Assembly: GCA_964651435.1 (NCBI GenBank) | Contig: CAZYVU010000004.1 | Span: 49,660 to 113,659 of the forward strand | DNA from: an uncultured Pseudomonadota bacterium | GTDB lineage: Bacteria > Desulfobacterota > Syntrophorhabdia > Syntrophorhabdales > CAYQXL01 | Reading direction: 5' to 3' | DNA length: 64,000 nt | Shown: one piece after another, positions 52,268 to 61,854 of the stretch | Numbering within the stretch: position 1 is the first letter of the stretch | Layout of the letters: every line of letters begins with the position of its first letter | Made by a program: the position numbers and the translations under genes | The notes under the pieces: generated by a model | Database searches by the model: none | Seen by the model: the letters and a program-made list of their open reading frames with translations, nothing else | What the model was told of the DNA's origin: nothing

Positions 52268-53311
52268 TCAAACCCCTCCGCGGCACCCCGGGGCGCTGTC
52301 GCCCGCCCCTCCCGGTGCGCCCGGGCCGCCGCTTGACGTCTCGTTGGGAAGGTTGGGGCGAAACCCGTAGCGGCTCCGGAGAAAATCGACGACACCCTGA
52401 ATCTTGAACAGGCTCAGCTCGGCATGCCTGCCGCCGACGAGATAGCGCAGGCCGTCTCTGAGGACAACGCCCGCCGCCAACGCGTAGAAAACCGTCTTCG
52501 CCAGGGGGTCGGCGTACTTCCTGATGATGAGCAGGGTATTCCGGGTCGTATAGTAGACCGAAAGGGGCGATTTGGGAACTATGGATGCGCTCACCTTGTG
52601 CCAAACCAGCGATTGGGGGACGAACACAACGCCGTATCCGCTGTCGGCTGCCCTCATGCACCAGTCCGAATCCTCATGAATAAGAAAGAACCTTTCGTCG
52701 AGCAATCCCACCTTTTCCAGGGCGGCCCTCCTCATGAGGAGGGCGCAGCCCGTGGCAGCCGAGACCCGCTCCTGCTTCGCAAATTGCCCACAGTCTTCCA
52801 TGCCGTAGCCCCTCATTTCGAAAACCAGTGACGCCATGTTGCCGCCCCTGCCCCCCCGGAAAAACCGGCGCCATTTTCCCAGATGGATGTTTACGCCCGT
52901 CGACCAGATGACCGTCGGCTTGACCTCAAAGTAAATCTTGGGACAGGCCGCCCCGAACCTCGGATCCGCCTCCAGGGCCTCCACCAGAGGGTCAAGGAAA
53001 AGGGGGTCGACAATGGTGTCGTTGTTCAGAAGCAGGACGTAGTCCGCCCCCTTCTCCAGGGAAAACCTGATGCCCTGATTGTTGGCGCCGCAGAAACCCC
53101 GGTTCGTCTCATTTCGAATGAAGGCCGCCTCCGGAAAGGCCCTGCCCAGGTCGTCGATGCTGCCGTCAACGGACCCGTTATCGACGACGACGATCTGCAC
53201 GTTCGGATAGGTTGCCTTCCTCAGCGAAGCGAGGCACTGCGAGGTTAGTGCAGGGCTGTTCCAGTTGAGCACAACAACGAAAACAAAAGGCCGTGCCGTG
53301 TCTCCGTTCAT
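52268..53311 (-). CDS. glycosyltransferase family 2
   Basis: FVVVLNWNSPALTSQCLASLRKATYPNVQIVVVDNGSVDGS and ..LLLNNDT... Confidence 0.85.
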   Translation of the reverse strand: MNGDTARPFVFVVVLNWNSPALTSQCLASLRKATYPNVQIVVVDNGSVDGSIDDLGRAFPEAAFIRNETNRGFCGANNQGIRFSLEKGADYVLLLNNDTIVDPLFLDPLVEALEADPRFGAACPKIYFEVKPTVIWSTGVNIHLGKWRRFFRGGRGGNMASLVFEMRGYGMEDCGQFAKQERVSAATGCALLMRRAALEKVGLLDERFFLIHEDSDWCMRAADSGYGVVFVPQSLVWHKVSASIVPKSPLSVYYTTRNTLLIIRKYADPLAKTVFYALAAGVVLRDGLRYLVGGRHAELSLFKIQGVVDFLRSRYGFRPNLPNETSSGGPGAPGGAGDSAPGCRGGV

Positions 53312-54840
53312 GAGCCGTTTACACCCCTTCGAAGGATAATGTCACGGGTGTACCTCGCCCTCTCCAAGGTGGTTCTGGGTTGACTGAGGCACAGGCAGGC
53401 AAAACATCCCAGGAAGGCATAGAGCACCTTGACGACAACGTTTATGGGCGTCGACCATCCCAGCCTGCTGAGATAGCCGTGGAAACCGAGATAGCCGAGG
53501 GTCACGACGCCGAAGGTGATGACGGGACGGGCAAAGATGTCCCGGTAGCGTACGGCGATGCTCCCCTTGGCACACCTGATTCTTAGGATGGCACCCGCCA
53601 GGACCGCGATGCCAACGGCTATGCAGGTCCCGACGGCTCCAAACGTGAGACTGAGGATGAGACCTCCAACAACCAGGACGGCGCACTCCGTCATAACCGA
53701 CTTGGCAAACGCCTTGGGCCGCCCTACGGCCGTCAACAGCGCACCGGCATTTTCCAAAAAAGGCCGCAGGAAAGCATACACAATGAGGAGCCTTAGGAAA
53801 AGGGCGCTGGGAAGCCACTCATCCCCGTAAAGCCAGATAATGAGGTCGGGCCCCGAGATAAACAGCGCCAGGCTCAGCGGCAGCGTAACGAGCGTAATGA
53901 GCCATGAGGTCATGGCGAAGGCCTTCGACAGCCTTTCCGGATCATGCTGGAGGTGAACGTAGGTGTAGAAGGCCGTTCTTCCTATGACACCAAGGAGAAT
54001 CGCCGTGGGCCATATGGCCAGCCTCAATGCCCTGTCATAGAAGCCGAGGGCCCCCATGCCGACGAAGGTGCCCACGAGAAAACTGTCAAACTGCGTCAGG
54101 AAAAGGCTGGCCGTATAGGCAAGCCCGACGGCCATGCCGAACTTCAAGAACTGTCGTCCAACGACAAAACGAAACCTCCAGGGCCGCCGGAGCACCTCCG
54201 GCAGGTCGCGCTTAACCCCCCACCAAAGCCCCGCAGAAAGAAGCAGCGCGTAAGAAACGGACTGGCTCAGCAGGCTCCAGTAGCCCTTACCCAGATATGC
54301 CAGCCAAAGGGCCGGCATGTAGGAGAACACAAAGGCCACGTTTGTGATGATGCTGATCCTGCGGGCCTTAAAGCTCTTGTCGAGAAGCGTCGATGCCGTC
54401 GCCGATCCCGCCGTCAGGATGTTGACCGCCGAAAGCACCACTGCCACCTGGAGTACATCCCGCCCGTACCCGATGGCGGTGAGGATCGGCAGGGCTATGA
54501 GCATAACAGCCAGGCCTCCCACCGCCGAACCGACCTCCATCCAGAAATAGGTGCCCACGAGGTCTCCATCGTCCTCCGTCCTCTGGCCAAAGGCCTGCGC
54601 GATGCCGAACTTGGAGCGCAATTCGAGAAAAGATGCGATAACAAGGCCCAGGGCAAAGATACCGAAGACCTCCGGTCCCAGCATGCGGGTCAGGAAGATG
54701 TTCGCAGCAAAGCCGACGATGAGATTGACGTAAGAGCCCGACGCCACCCAAAGCCCGCCGCGCACAGCCCGCACGGTCAGGGGCTCCTCGCCGGCACTTT
54801 TTGAGGCGCCCAAACTGCCTTTCAGGTCACCGTCGCTCAC
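53308..54840 (-). CDS. polysaccharide flippase (Wzx / MOP superfamily)
   Basis: 510 aa with about 14 hydrophobic spans. N-terminal ..RAVRGGLWVASGSYVNLIVGFAANIFLTRMLGPEVFG is typical of Wzx-type proteins. GTG start. Confidence 0.7.
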   Translation of the reverse strand: MSDGDLKGSLGASKSAGEEPLTVRAVRGGLWVASGSYVNLIVGFAANIFLTRMLGPEVFGIFALGLVIASFLELRSKFGIAQAFGQRTEDDGDLVGTYFWMEVGSAVGGLAVMLIALPILTAIGYGRDVLQVAVVLSAVNILTAGSATASTLLDKSFKARRISIITNVAFVFSYMPALWLAYLGKGYWSLLSQSVSYALLLSAGLWWGVKRDLPEVLRRPWRFRFVVGRQFLKFGMAVGLAYTASLFLTQFDSFLVGTFVGMGALGFYDRALRLAIWPTAILLGVIGRTAFYTYVHLQHDPERLSKAFAMTSWLITLVTLPLSLALFISGPDLIIWLYGDEWLPSALFLRLLIVYAFLRPFLENAGALLTAVGRPKAFAKSVMTECAVLVVGGLILSLTFGAVGTCIAVGIAVLAGAILRIRCAKGSIAVRYRDIFARPVITFGVVTLGYLGFHGYLSRLGWSTPINVVVKVLYAFLGCFACLCLSQPRTTLERARYTRDIILRRGVNGS

Positions 54841-54846
54841 GGAGCA

Positions 54847-54876
54847 ATTCTACCAGCTAACCGGACATACAGGCAA
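54847..54876 (-). promoter_or_regulatory. sigma-70-type promoter of the polysaccharide operon; first gene apparently leaderless
   Basis: The reverse complement reads TTGCCT-N18-TAGAAT, then tgctcc and GTG 54840. Confidence 0.45.
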
Positions 54877-55015
54877 CGCCTGTCTTCAGAATTCTTGAGA
54901 AGTGTCAAATACTTAAAAAGTGGCAGAGTGCAACCGCTTTTTCAAGCAAAAGGGATGGGGCAACCGCCCGCCCTGCCGCGTAAGCCCACCGGCAGCGGCT
55001 TTACAACTATTTAAT

Positions 55016-55044
55016 TTGATTATACTTTGACAATCTGCTATAAC
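55016..55044 (+). promoter_or_regulatory. sigma-70-type promoter upstream of queA
   Basis: TTGATT-N17-TATAAC. ATG 55060 is 15 nt after the -10 and has no Shine-Dalgarno sequence. Confidence 0.4.
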
Positions 55045-55059
55045 ATTAGACTTTGCGCC

Positions 55060-56094
55060 ATGAAGACAGCCGATTTCGACTATGATCTACCCAAGGAACT
55101 GATAGCCCAGCATCCGGCAGGAGAGCGGGCGTCGTCGCGATTGCTCGTCCTGCACAGACAGTCAGGGATAAGGGAGCACAGGGCATTCCACGACGTGGCC
55201 TCCTACCTCAGCGCCGGGGACGTCCTCGTTCTTAACGAAAGCAAGGTGCTGCCCGCACGGCTTTTCGGCAGGAAAGCGACGGGCGGCTCCGCAGAGGTCC
55301 TCCTCGTCGAGCAAAGGGGACCAGGCCGCTGGCTTTGCCTTGTAAAGGGCATAAGCCGACGGCAGGAGAGCACAGAGGTCACGTTCGCCACGGGCAAGGC
55401 AACGCTTTTCCCCGGCCCCGATTTTTGGACAATCGTCTTTGCCGACGGCACAGATGGGGAATCGGTAATGGGACGGGAAGGCGCTATGCCCCTTCCTCCC
55501 TACATCAAAAGGGTTCCCCGCGGCGATAATTTATTGGAAGATAGCTCGGATTTCGAGCGCTACCAGACGGTCTACGCGCGCGTGGAGGGCTCCATTGCAG
55601 CCCCGACGGCGGGCTTTCACTTCACCGGTGAACTGCTGGACCTCCTTACCCGTAAGGGCGTCGAGATTGTGAAGATTACGCTGCACATCGGCGTCGGAAC
55701 ATTCTTCCTCGTTAAGTCCGAGGATGTGGTGGAGCATCGCATGCACGCCGAGCGCTTTTCCGTTTCTGCCGAGGCGAAGCATCAGATTCTCCGGGCAAAA
55801 AGCGAGGGAAGGAGGATTGTGGCCTGCGGCACCAGCGCCGTTCGCACCCTCGAAACGTTGGGTTCGGGCAACGGCTCCAGCCCCTTTGCAGGAGAGACGG
55901 GGCTCTTCATCTACCCCGGCTACCGCTTCACCATGGTTGATGCCCTCATAACCAATTTTCACCTTCCCCGGTCGACACCCCTGCTCCTGGCAGCCGCCTT
56001 TGCCGGGCACGAGGCGCTCCTGACAGCCTACCGGGAGGCTGTGGAGAAAGGCTACCGCTTTTACAGCTACGGCGACGGGATGCTCATTCTATGA
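55060..56094 (+). CDS. queA: S-adenosylmethionine:tRNA ribosyltransferase-isomerase
   Basis: MKTADFDYDLPKELIAQHP.. and ..PPYIKR.., ..AAPTAGFHFT... Confidence 0.92.
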   Translation: MKTADFDYDLPKELIAQHPAGERASSRLLVLHRQSGIREHRAFHDVASYLSAGDVLVLNESKVLPARLFGRKATGGSAEVLLVEQRGPGRWLCLVKGISRRQESTEVTFATGKATLFPGPDFWTIVFADGTDGESVMGREGAMPLPPYIKRVPRGDNLLEDSSDFERYQTVYARVEGSIAAPTAGFHFTGELLDLLTRKGVEIVKITLHIGVGTFFLVKSEDVVEHRMHAERFSVSAEAKHQILRAKSEGRRIVACGTSAVRTLETLGSGNGSSPFAGETGLFIYPGYRFTMVDALITNFHLPRSTPLLLAAAFAGHEALLTAYREAVEKGYRFYSYGDGMLIL

Positions 56095-57227
56095 AGGCCA
56101 TCGAGATCGCTACGACGGACGGTGAGGCACGCCGGGGACGCCTCATAACGGGCCACGGCACGGTGGAGACGCCGGTCTTTATGCCCGTGGGGACCCAGGG
56201 CACCGTCAAGGCCATGGCGCATAAGGACCTCAAGGAGCTCGGCATTGCCATGATCCTGGCAAACGCCTACCATCTCTACCTGAGGCCGGGAGACGAGCTC
56301 ATTCGGGCCATGGGCGGCCTCCACCGGTTTGCAGGCTGGGACGGTGCAATGCTCACCGACAGCGGCGGCTATCAGATATTCAGCCTCGATGTCCTGAGGA
56401 AAATCGAGGAAGAAGGGGTGGCGTTTCAGTCGCACATCGACGGCTCGCGCCATTTTCTGTCACCGGAGCGGATCGTCGAAATTCAGGTAAACATCGGCGC
56501 CGACGTTTGCATGTGTCTCGATGAATGCGTGCCCTATCCGGCCTCGCACGAGTACACAAGCCGGTCGGCAGCGCTGACCTCCCGTTGGGCACGACGGTGC
56601 AAGGATGCGGCAAAGCCGGGGAACCAACACCTCTTCGGCATAATTCAGGGTGGATTTTATGAGGACTTGAGGGTACAATCTGCGTCGGAGCTGATTGAAA
56701 TGGACTTTGATGGCTATGCCTTAGGCGGACTGAGCGTGGGAGAACCGAAGAGCCTCATGTGGGACATGGTAGATACGGTCATGGCGTTTCTCCCGAAAGA
56801 CAAGCCCCGGTACCTCATGGGCGTCGGCTTTCCCGACGACGTCGTGGAAGGTGTGCGGCGGGGCATCGACATGTTCGACTGCATCATTCCGACGCGCGTG
56901 GCGAGAAACGGAGGCCTGTTCACGTCCTACGGAAAGATCAACATAAAGAACGCCAAGTACACAAGGGACGAGAATCCCATCGATGGCACCTGCGGGTGCT
57001 ACACGTGCAGGACCTTTTCCCGGGCCTATCTGAGGCACCTGACCGTATCGCACGAGCTTTCAAGCTTCTACCTCAACACAATCCACAACCTTGCCTTTTA
57101 TGCCCACATGATGAGAGACCTTCGGGCCGCCATCAGGGAGAGCAGGTTTGGCGAGTTTTACAGTACGTTTATGGAAAAATGGAAGGGAGGTGAATCACAG
57201 GATGAATATCGCGTATGCAATGGGTAG
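56091..57227 (+). CDS. tgt: tRNA-guanine transglycosylase
   Basis: ..TPVFMPVGTQGTVK.., ..TDSGGYQ.., and the zinc site CGCYTCRTFSRAYLRHL. ATGA overlap with queA. Confidence 0.95.
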   Translation: MKAIEIATTDGEARRGRLITGHGTVETPVFMPVGTQGTVKAMAHKDLKELGIAMILANAYHLYLRPGDELIRAMGGLHRFAGWDGAMLTDSGGYQIFSLDVLRKIEEEGVAFQSHIDGSRHFLSPERIVEIQVNIGADVCMCLDECVPYPASHEYTSRSAALTSRWARRCKDAAKPGNQHLFGIIQGGFYEDLRVQSASELIEMDFDGYALGGLSVGEPKSLMWDMVDTVMAFLPKDKPRYLMGVGFPDDVVEGVRRGIDMFDCIIPTRVARNGGLFTSYGKINIKNAKYTRDENPIDGTCGCYTCRTFSRAYLRHLTVSHELSSFYLNTIHNLAFYAHMMRDLRAAIRESRFGEFYSTFMEKWKGGESQDEYRVCNG

Positions 57228-57516
57228 TCAGGCAGGTCAGGGCCAGGGTGGGTCGAGTCAATGGATGGGCCTTCTTCCCCTCGTTCTGCTCTTCGTAGTC
57301 TTCTATTTTTTGCTTATCAGGCCTCAGCAGAAAAAGGCGAAACAGCACAAGCAGTTCATTGAAAACTTGAAGAAGGGAGATGAGGTTGTCACTGCCGGGG
57401 GAATGTATGGTAAAATAACCGGCATTACCGACAACTCGGTTACGCTGCAGATTGCCGAAGGGGTGAGGATCAAGGTTACCAAGGGATCAGTTGCAGACAT
57501 CGTGAAAGGAGAATGA
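57202..57516 (+). CDS. yajC: preprotein translocase subunit YajC
   Basis: One TM segment followed by LIRPQQKKAKQHKQFIENLKKGDEVVTAGGMYGKI. Confidence 0.85.
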   Translation: MNIAYAMGSQAGQGQGGSSQWMGLLPLVLLFVVFYFLLIRPQQKKAKQHKQFIENLKKGDEVVTAGGMYGKITGITDNSVTLQIAEGVRIKVTKGSVADIVKGE

Positions 57517-57517
57517 A

Positions 57518-57871
57518 GTGGCGCGGTACGAAAACATAATTATTATAAACCCTGATTGTACGAAAGAAGAGGAAGAGGAATTTCTGAAACGCGTTACAGG
57601 CAACGTTGAGCGCTTGAAATCAACACTTATAAGCCTGGACGACTGGGGCATCCGGGAGCTGGCCTATCCTATCAAGAAAAAGGAAAAGGGTCATTATTTC
57701 TTCCTCCTCCTTGACATGGAGAAAGGAAAAGTGTCGTCTTTTGGCCGTTTCTACAAAACGATAGACCTCGTTCTCAGACACATGTTTGTCGCCGTCGATG
57801 AGGAGAAGAAGGTCCCGGCCAAGCCGCCCGAACATGTAGTCTTCGACGAGCTCGAAGGCGAATATTCGTGA
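57518..57871 (+). CDS. rpsF: 30S ribosomal protein S6
   Basis: MARYENIIIINPD..DDWGIRELAYPIKK..GHYF. Confidence 0.92.
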   Translation: MARYENIIIINPDCTKEEEEEFLKRVTGNVERLKSTLISLDDWGIRELAYPIKKKEKGHYFFLLLDMEKGKVSSFGRFYKTIDLVLRHMFVAVDEEKKVPAKPPEHVVFDELEGEYS

Positions 57872-58137
57872 ACCGGATTTTCCTTTCCGGTAGGACGAAG
57901 AAGGCCCCGCAGGTCTTTTACACCCCAAGGGGGGAACGCATCATCACCTTCCCCCTGCTGGTTGACGACGGCCGTTTTATGATCGAGGTCGTCTTCAAGG
58001 ATCCATCGGGTTCCAGTACAATAGAAAGAGGGGAAGGGAGTTCGGTCATGGCAGTGGGCGAACTGATGAAATCCCCGGAGAAGTCAAAAGCCGCCTTTCG
58101 CGTAAAGGCCCATAACATTGTTTGGATGGAGGAATAA
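57868..58137 (+). CDS. small OB-fold protein in the priB/ssb slot, PriB-like
   Basis: Sits between rpsF and rpsR. The N-terminus MNRIFLSGRTKKAPQVFYTPRGERIITFPL parallels E. coli PriB [30 protein letters not shown] (from memory). Confidence 0.5.
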   Translation: MNRIFLSGRTKKAPQVFYTPRGERIITFPLLVDDGRFMIEVVFKDPSGSSTIERGEGSSVMAVGELMKSPEKSKAAFRVKAHNIVWMEE

Positions 58138-58407
58138 ATGCCAGGACCAAGAAGACCAACAAGATCACCGGACATGCACAAGAAGAGGGTATACGTGCGC
58201 CGACGGGTCTGTCGCTTTTGTCAGGACCGGAACCTTGATATCGACTACAAGGACCCGAAGCTGCTGAAAAACTTTATCACCGAGCGCGGTAAGATCATGC
58301 CGAGAAGAATGACGGGCACCTGTGCCAACCATCAGCGCAAATTGAAGGAGCACATAAAGATGGCGCGGCACATCGCCTTTCTTCCGTTCACCACACTATC
58401 ACGATGA
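58138..58407 (+). CDS. rpsR: 30S ribosomal protein S18
   Basis: ..[39 protein letters not shown]... Confidence 0.95.
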   Translation: MPGPRRPTRSPDMHKKRVYVRRRVCRFCQDRNLDIDYKDPKLLKNFITERGKIMPRRMTGTCANHQRKLKEHIKMARHIAFLPFTTLSR

Positions 58408-58420
58408 AGGGGAGCACCAC

Positions 58421-58867
58421 ATGAAGGTCATATTGTTAGAGGATGTTCCCGGAACGGGGAAAAAGGGTCAGACGCTTGAGGTGAAGGACGGGTACGGGCG
58501 GAATTTCCTGCTTCCCCGAGGGGTTGCCATAGACGCCAGTCACGGGAACCTGAAACGCTTCGATCGCATCATAGAAGAGCTCCAGAAAAAGAAGGAGCGC
58601 CACCTGAAGGCTGCCGGCGAGATCAAGGTGAGGCTCGAGCAGGAGACCGTGACGATCAAGAAAAAGGTCGGCGCCGACGGCAGGCTCTTCGGCTCCGTCA
58701 CCCATAAGGATGTGGCCGAGGCCATCGAAGCCTCCCTCTCCGTATCTATCGACAAGCGGCTTGTCCGCATTGATGAGCCCATCAAAATGACGGGTGCTTA
58801 CACCGTCGACGTTCACCTCGACGAAGGTGTCCACGCCACCGTCAAAATAGAAGTCGAAAAAGAGTAA
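58421..58867 (+). CDS. rplI: 50S ribosomal protein L9
   Basis: MKVILLEDVPGTGKKGQTLEVKDGYGRNFLLPRG... Confidence 0.95.
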   Translation: MKVILLEDVPGTGKKGQTLEVKDGYGRNFLLPRGVAIDASHGNLKRFDRIIEELQKKKERHLKAAGEIKVRLEQETVTIKKKVGADGRLFGSVTHKDVAEAIEASLSVSIDKRLVRIDEPIKMTGAYTVDVHLDEGVHATVKIEVEKE

Positions 58868-60225
58868 TGGCCAAGACTTCCCGGAAGCCGCAGGAGGTCG
58901 TAGGGCGGGTGCCCCCTCAGAACATAGAGGCGGAGCAGGCCCTTCTCGGCGGTCTTCTCGTAGACCCGGAGGCGATGAACAAGGTTGTTGATGTTGTGTC
59001 TCCCGAAGATTTCTACAGGGAGGGGCATGGGAAGATCTATGGCTTTATGCTCGACCTGTACGAGCGCGGCGAGGCGGCGGACATCCTTACCGTAAGCTCC
59101 TTGGCGCGCGACAGGGGCATGCTGGACCGCATAGGCGGCCTCACGTACCTGAATACGCTCGTGGATCTCATGCCCAGCTCGGCGAACATCATCCAATACG
59201 CCAAGATGGTCCGGGAAAAGTCCCTCATGAGATACCTCATGAATGCGGCCACCCAGATCATCGAGATGGGACAGGAGGCTGAGCTCAACGTCGACAGCTA
59301 CATCGATGAGTCGGAAAAGCTGATCTTCGAGGTCTCGGAGAACAAGCTCAAGCCCTCCTTTTACGCCATGAAGGACATCGTCCTCGAAAATGTGCAGACG
59401 ATCAAGCGGCTTTTCGAGAAAAAGCAGTCCGTTACGGGCGTATCAACGGGCTTCACGGACATCGACCGCATGACAAGCGGCCTGCAGCCGTCGGACCTCA
59501 TCATCGTCGCCGGCAGGCCGAGCATGGGCAAGACCGCCTTTTGCCTCAATATCGCCCAAAACGTGGGCAGAAACAACGAAGCTATCATTCCTGTCGGCAT
59601 TTTTTCGCTGGAAATGTCGAAGGAACAGCTGGTCACACGGTTGCTCAGCTCCGAATCGGAGATCGAGCACACCAAGCTGAGAACGGGGACTCTGTCGGCC
59701 TCGGAGCTTCCCATACTGTTCAAGGCGGCGAACCGGCTCAAGGATGCGGCCATCTTCATTGACGATTCGCCGTCGCTCTCTATCCTCGAGCTTCGGGCCC
59801 GGGCCCGGCGGCTCAAAAAGGAACACGGCCTCGGCCTCATCATCGTCGACTACCTGCAGCTCATGCGGGGCAGGACATCGATAGAACGCCGGGAACAGGA
59901 GATATCGGAGATATCCCGGTTCCTTAAGGCGCTTGCCAAGGAGATTCACGTCCCCGTCATCGCCATTTCGCAGCTTAACCGGCGGGTGGAGGACAGGGAT
60001 GACAGGCGGCCCCGCCTTTCAGACCTGCGCGAATCGGGGGCCATCGAGCAGGACGCGGACCTTATCATGTTCATCTATCGCGATGAGGTCTATAATAAGG
60101 ACAGGGCGGAAAACAAAGGAATCGCCGAAATCCTTATCGAGAAGCAGCGGAACGGGCCAACGGGAAAAGTGGAAGTGGCCTTCATAGACAAATGCACGAG
60201 CTTTAGGAACCTTTACACGGAATGA
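58867..60225 (+). CDS. dnaB: replicative DNA helicase
   Basis: ..PPQNIEAEQALLGGLL.., Walker A AGRPSMGKT, ..IIVDYLQLM.., ..ISQLNR... Confidence 0.95.
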   Translation: MAKTSRKPQEVVGRVPPQNIEAEQALLGGLLVDPEAMNKVVDVVSPEDFYREGHGKIYGFMLDLYERGEAADILTVSSLARDRGMLDRIGGLTYLNTLVDLMPSSANIIQYAKMVREKSLMRYLMNAATQIIEMGQEAELNVDSYIDESEKLIFEVSENKLKPSFYAMKDIVLENVQTIKRLFEKKQSVTGVSTGFTDIDRMTSGLQPSDLIIVAGRPSMGKTAFCLNIAQNVGRNNEAIIPVGIFSLEMSKEQLVTRLLSSESEIEHTKLRTGTLSASELPILFKAANRLKDAAIFIDDSPSLSILELRARARRLKKEHGLGLIIVDYLQLMRGRTSIERREQEISEISRFLKALAKEIHVPVIAISQLNRRVEDRDDRRPRLSDLRESGAIEQDADLIMFIYRDEVYNKDRAENKGIAEILIEKQRNGPTGKVEVAFIDKCTSFRNLYTE

Positions 60226-60749
60226 ACGTCCCCAACGCCCTATCCCTCCTCCGCCTCGTAATCACCGTATTCTTCATTCTTGCCGTCGACGCAGACCGTT
60301 TTCACGTGGCCCTTGCCCTCTTTGCGCTGCAGGCCTTTACGGACCTTCTCGACGGGCTCATCGCGCGGACCATGGGGTCCAAGACACGGCTCGGCGCCTT
60401 TCTCGACCCTCTCGCAGACAAGACCATGCTTCTGTCTGCCTTTATCATACTCACCGTCAAGGGCATCGTTCCCTTCTGGCTCTTTGCGGCCGTCTTCATT
60501 CGCGATCTTGTTCTCCTCGTCGGCTTCCTCGTCATGTATTGGCTGCGCCTCCAGGGAAAGCCGCTGCCCAGCATGTGGGGCAAAATCAACAACGGGCTAC
60601 AGATGTTTACGGTCATGTACCTGCTTTGGGACGAATCAAGGGCCTACAGCCCCATCTTCTTTTATCCCACCGTTTTTTTCACCATCGCCTCGGGTGTTCA
60701 TTACATCGTCAGGGGTGCCAGGACCCTGATGCGAAGGGAAACCGCCTAA
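60222..60749 (+). CDS. CDP-alcohol phosphatidyltransferase (PgsA-like)
   Basis: DLLDGLIARTMGSKTRLGAFLDPLADK fits the D-G-x2-A-R..G-x3-D-x3-D motif. ATGA overlap with dnaB. Confidence 0.8.
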   Translation: MNVPNALSLLRLVITVFFILAVDADRFHVALALFALQAFTDLLDGLIARTMGSKTRLGAFLDPLADKTMLLSAFIILTVKGIVPFWLFAAVFIRDLVLLVGFLVMYWLRLQGKPLPSMWGKINNGLQMFTVMYLLWDESRAYSPIFFYPTVFFTIASGVHYIVRGARTLMRRETA

Positions 60750-60754
60750 ATTCA

Positions 60755-61811
<1,057 letters not shown>

Positions 61812-61854
61812 CCGGAGGCATTAGAGCGCCGACTATAGCGGACAGGAGCAAGAA

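Noticed and set aside
33685-54840. An ops-type (GGCGGTAGnnTG) recruitment element for the RfaH-like protein.
   Set aside because: By eye I found only partial matches inside unrelated coding regions: GGCGGTAAGG on the minus strand near 25681 and AGCGGTAGCC on the minus strand near 56041. Neither is at an operon 5' end. My scan was not exhaustive, so absence is not proven.
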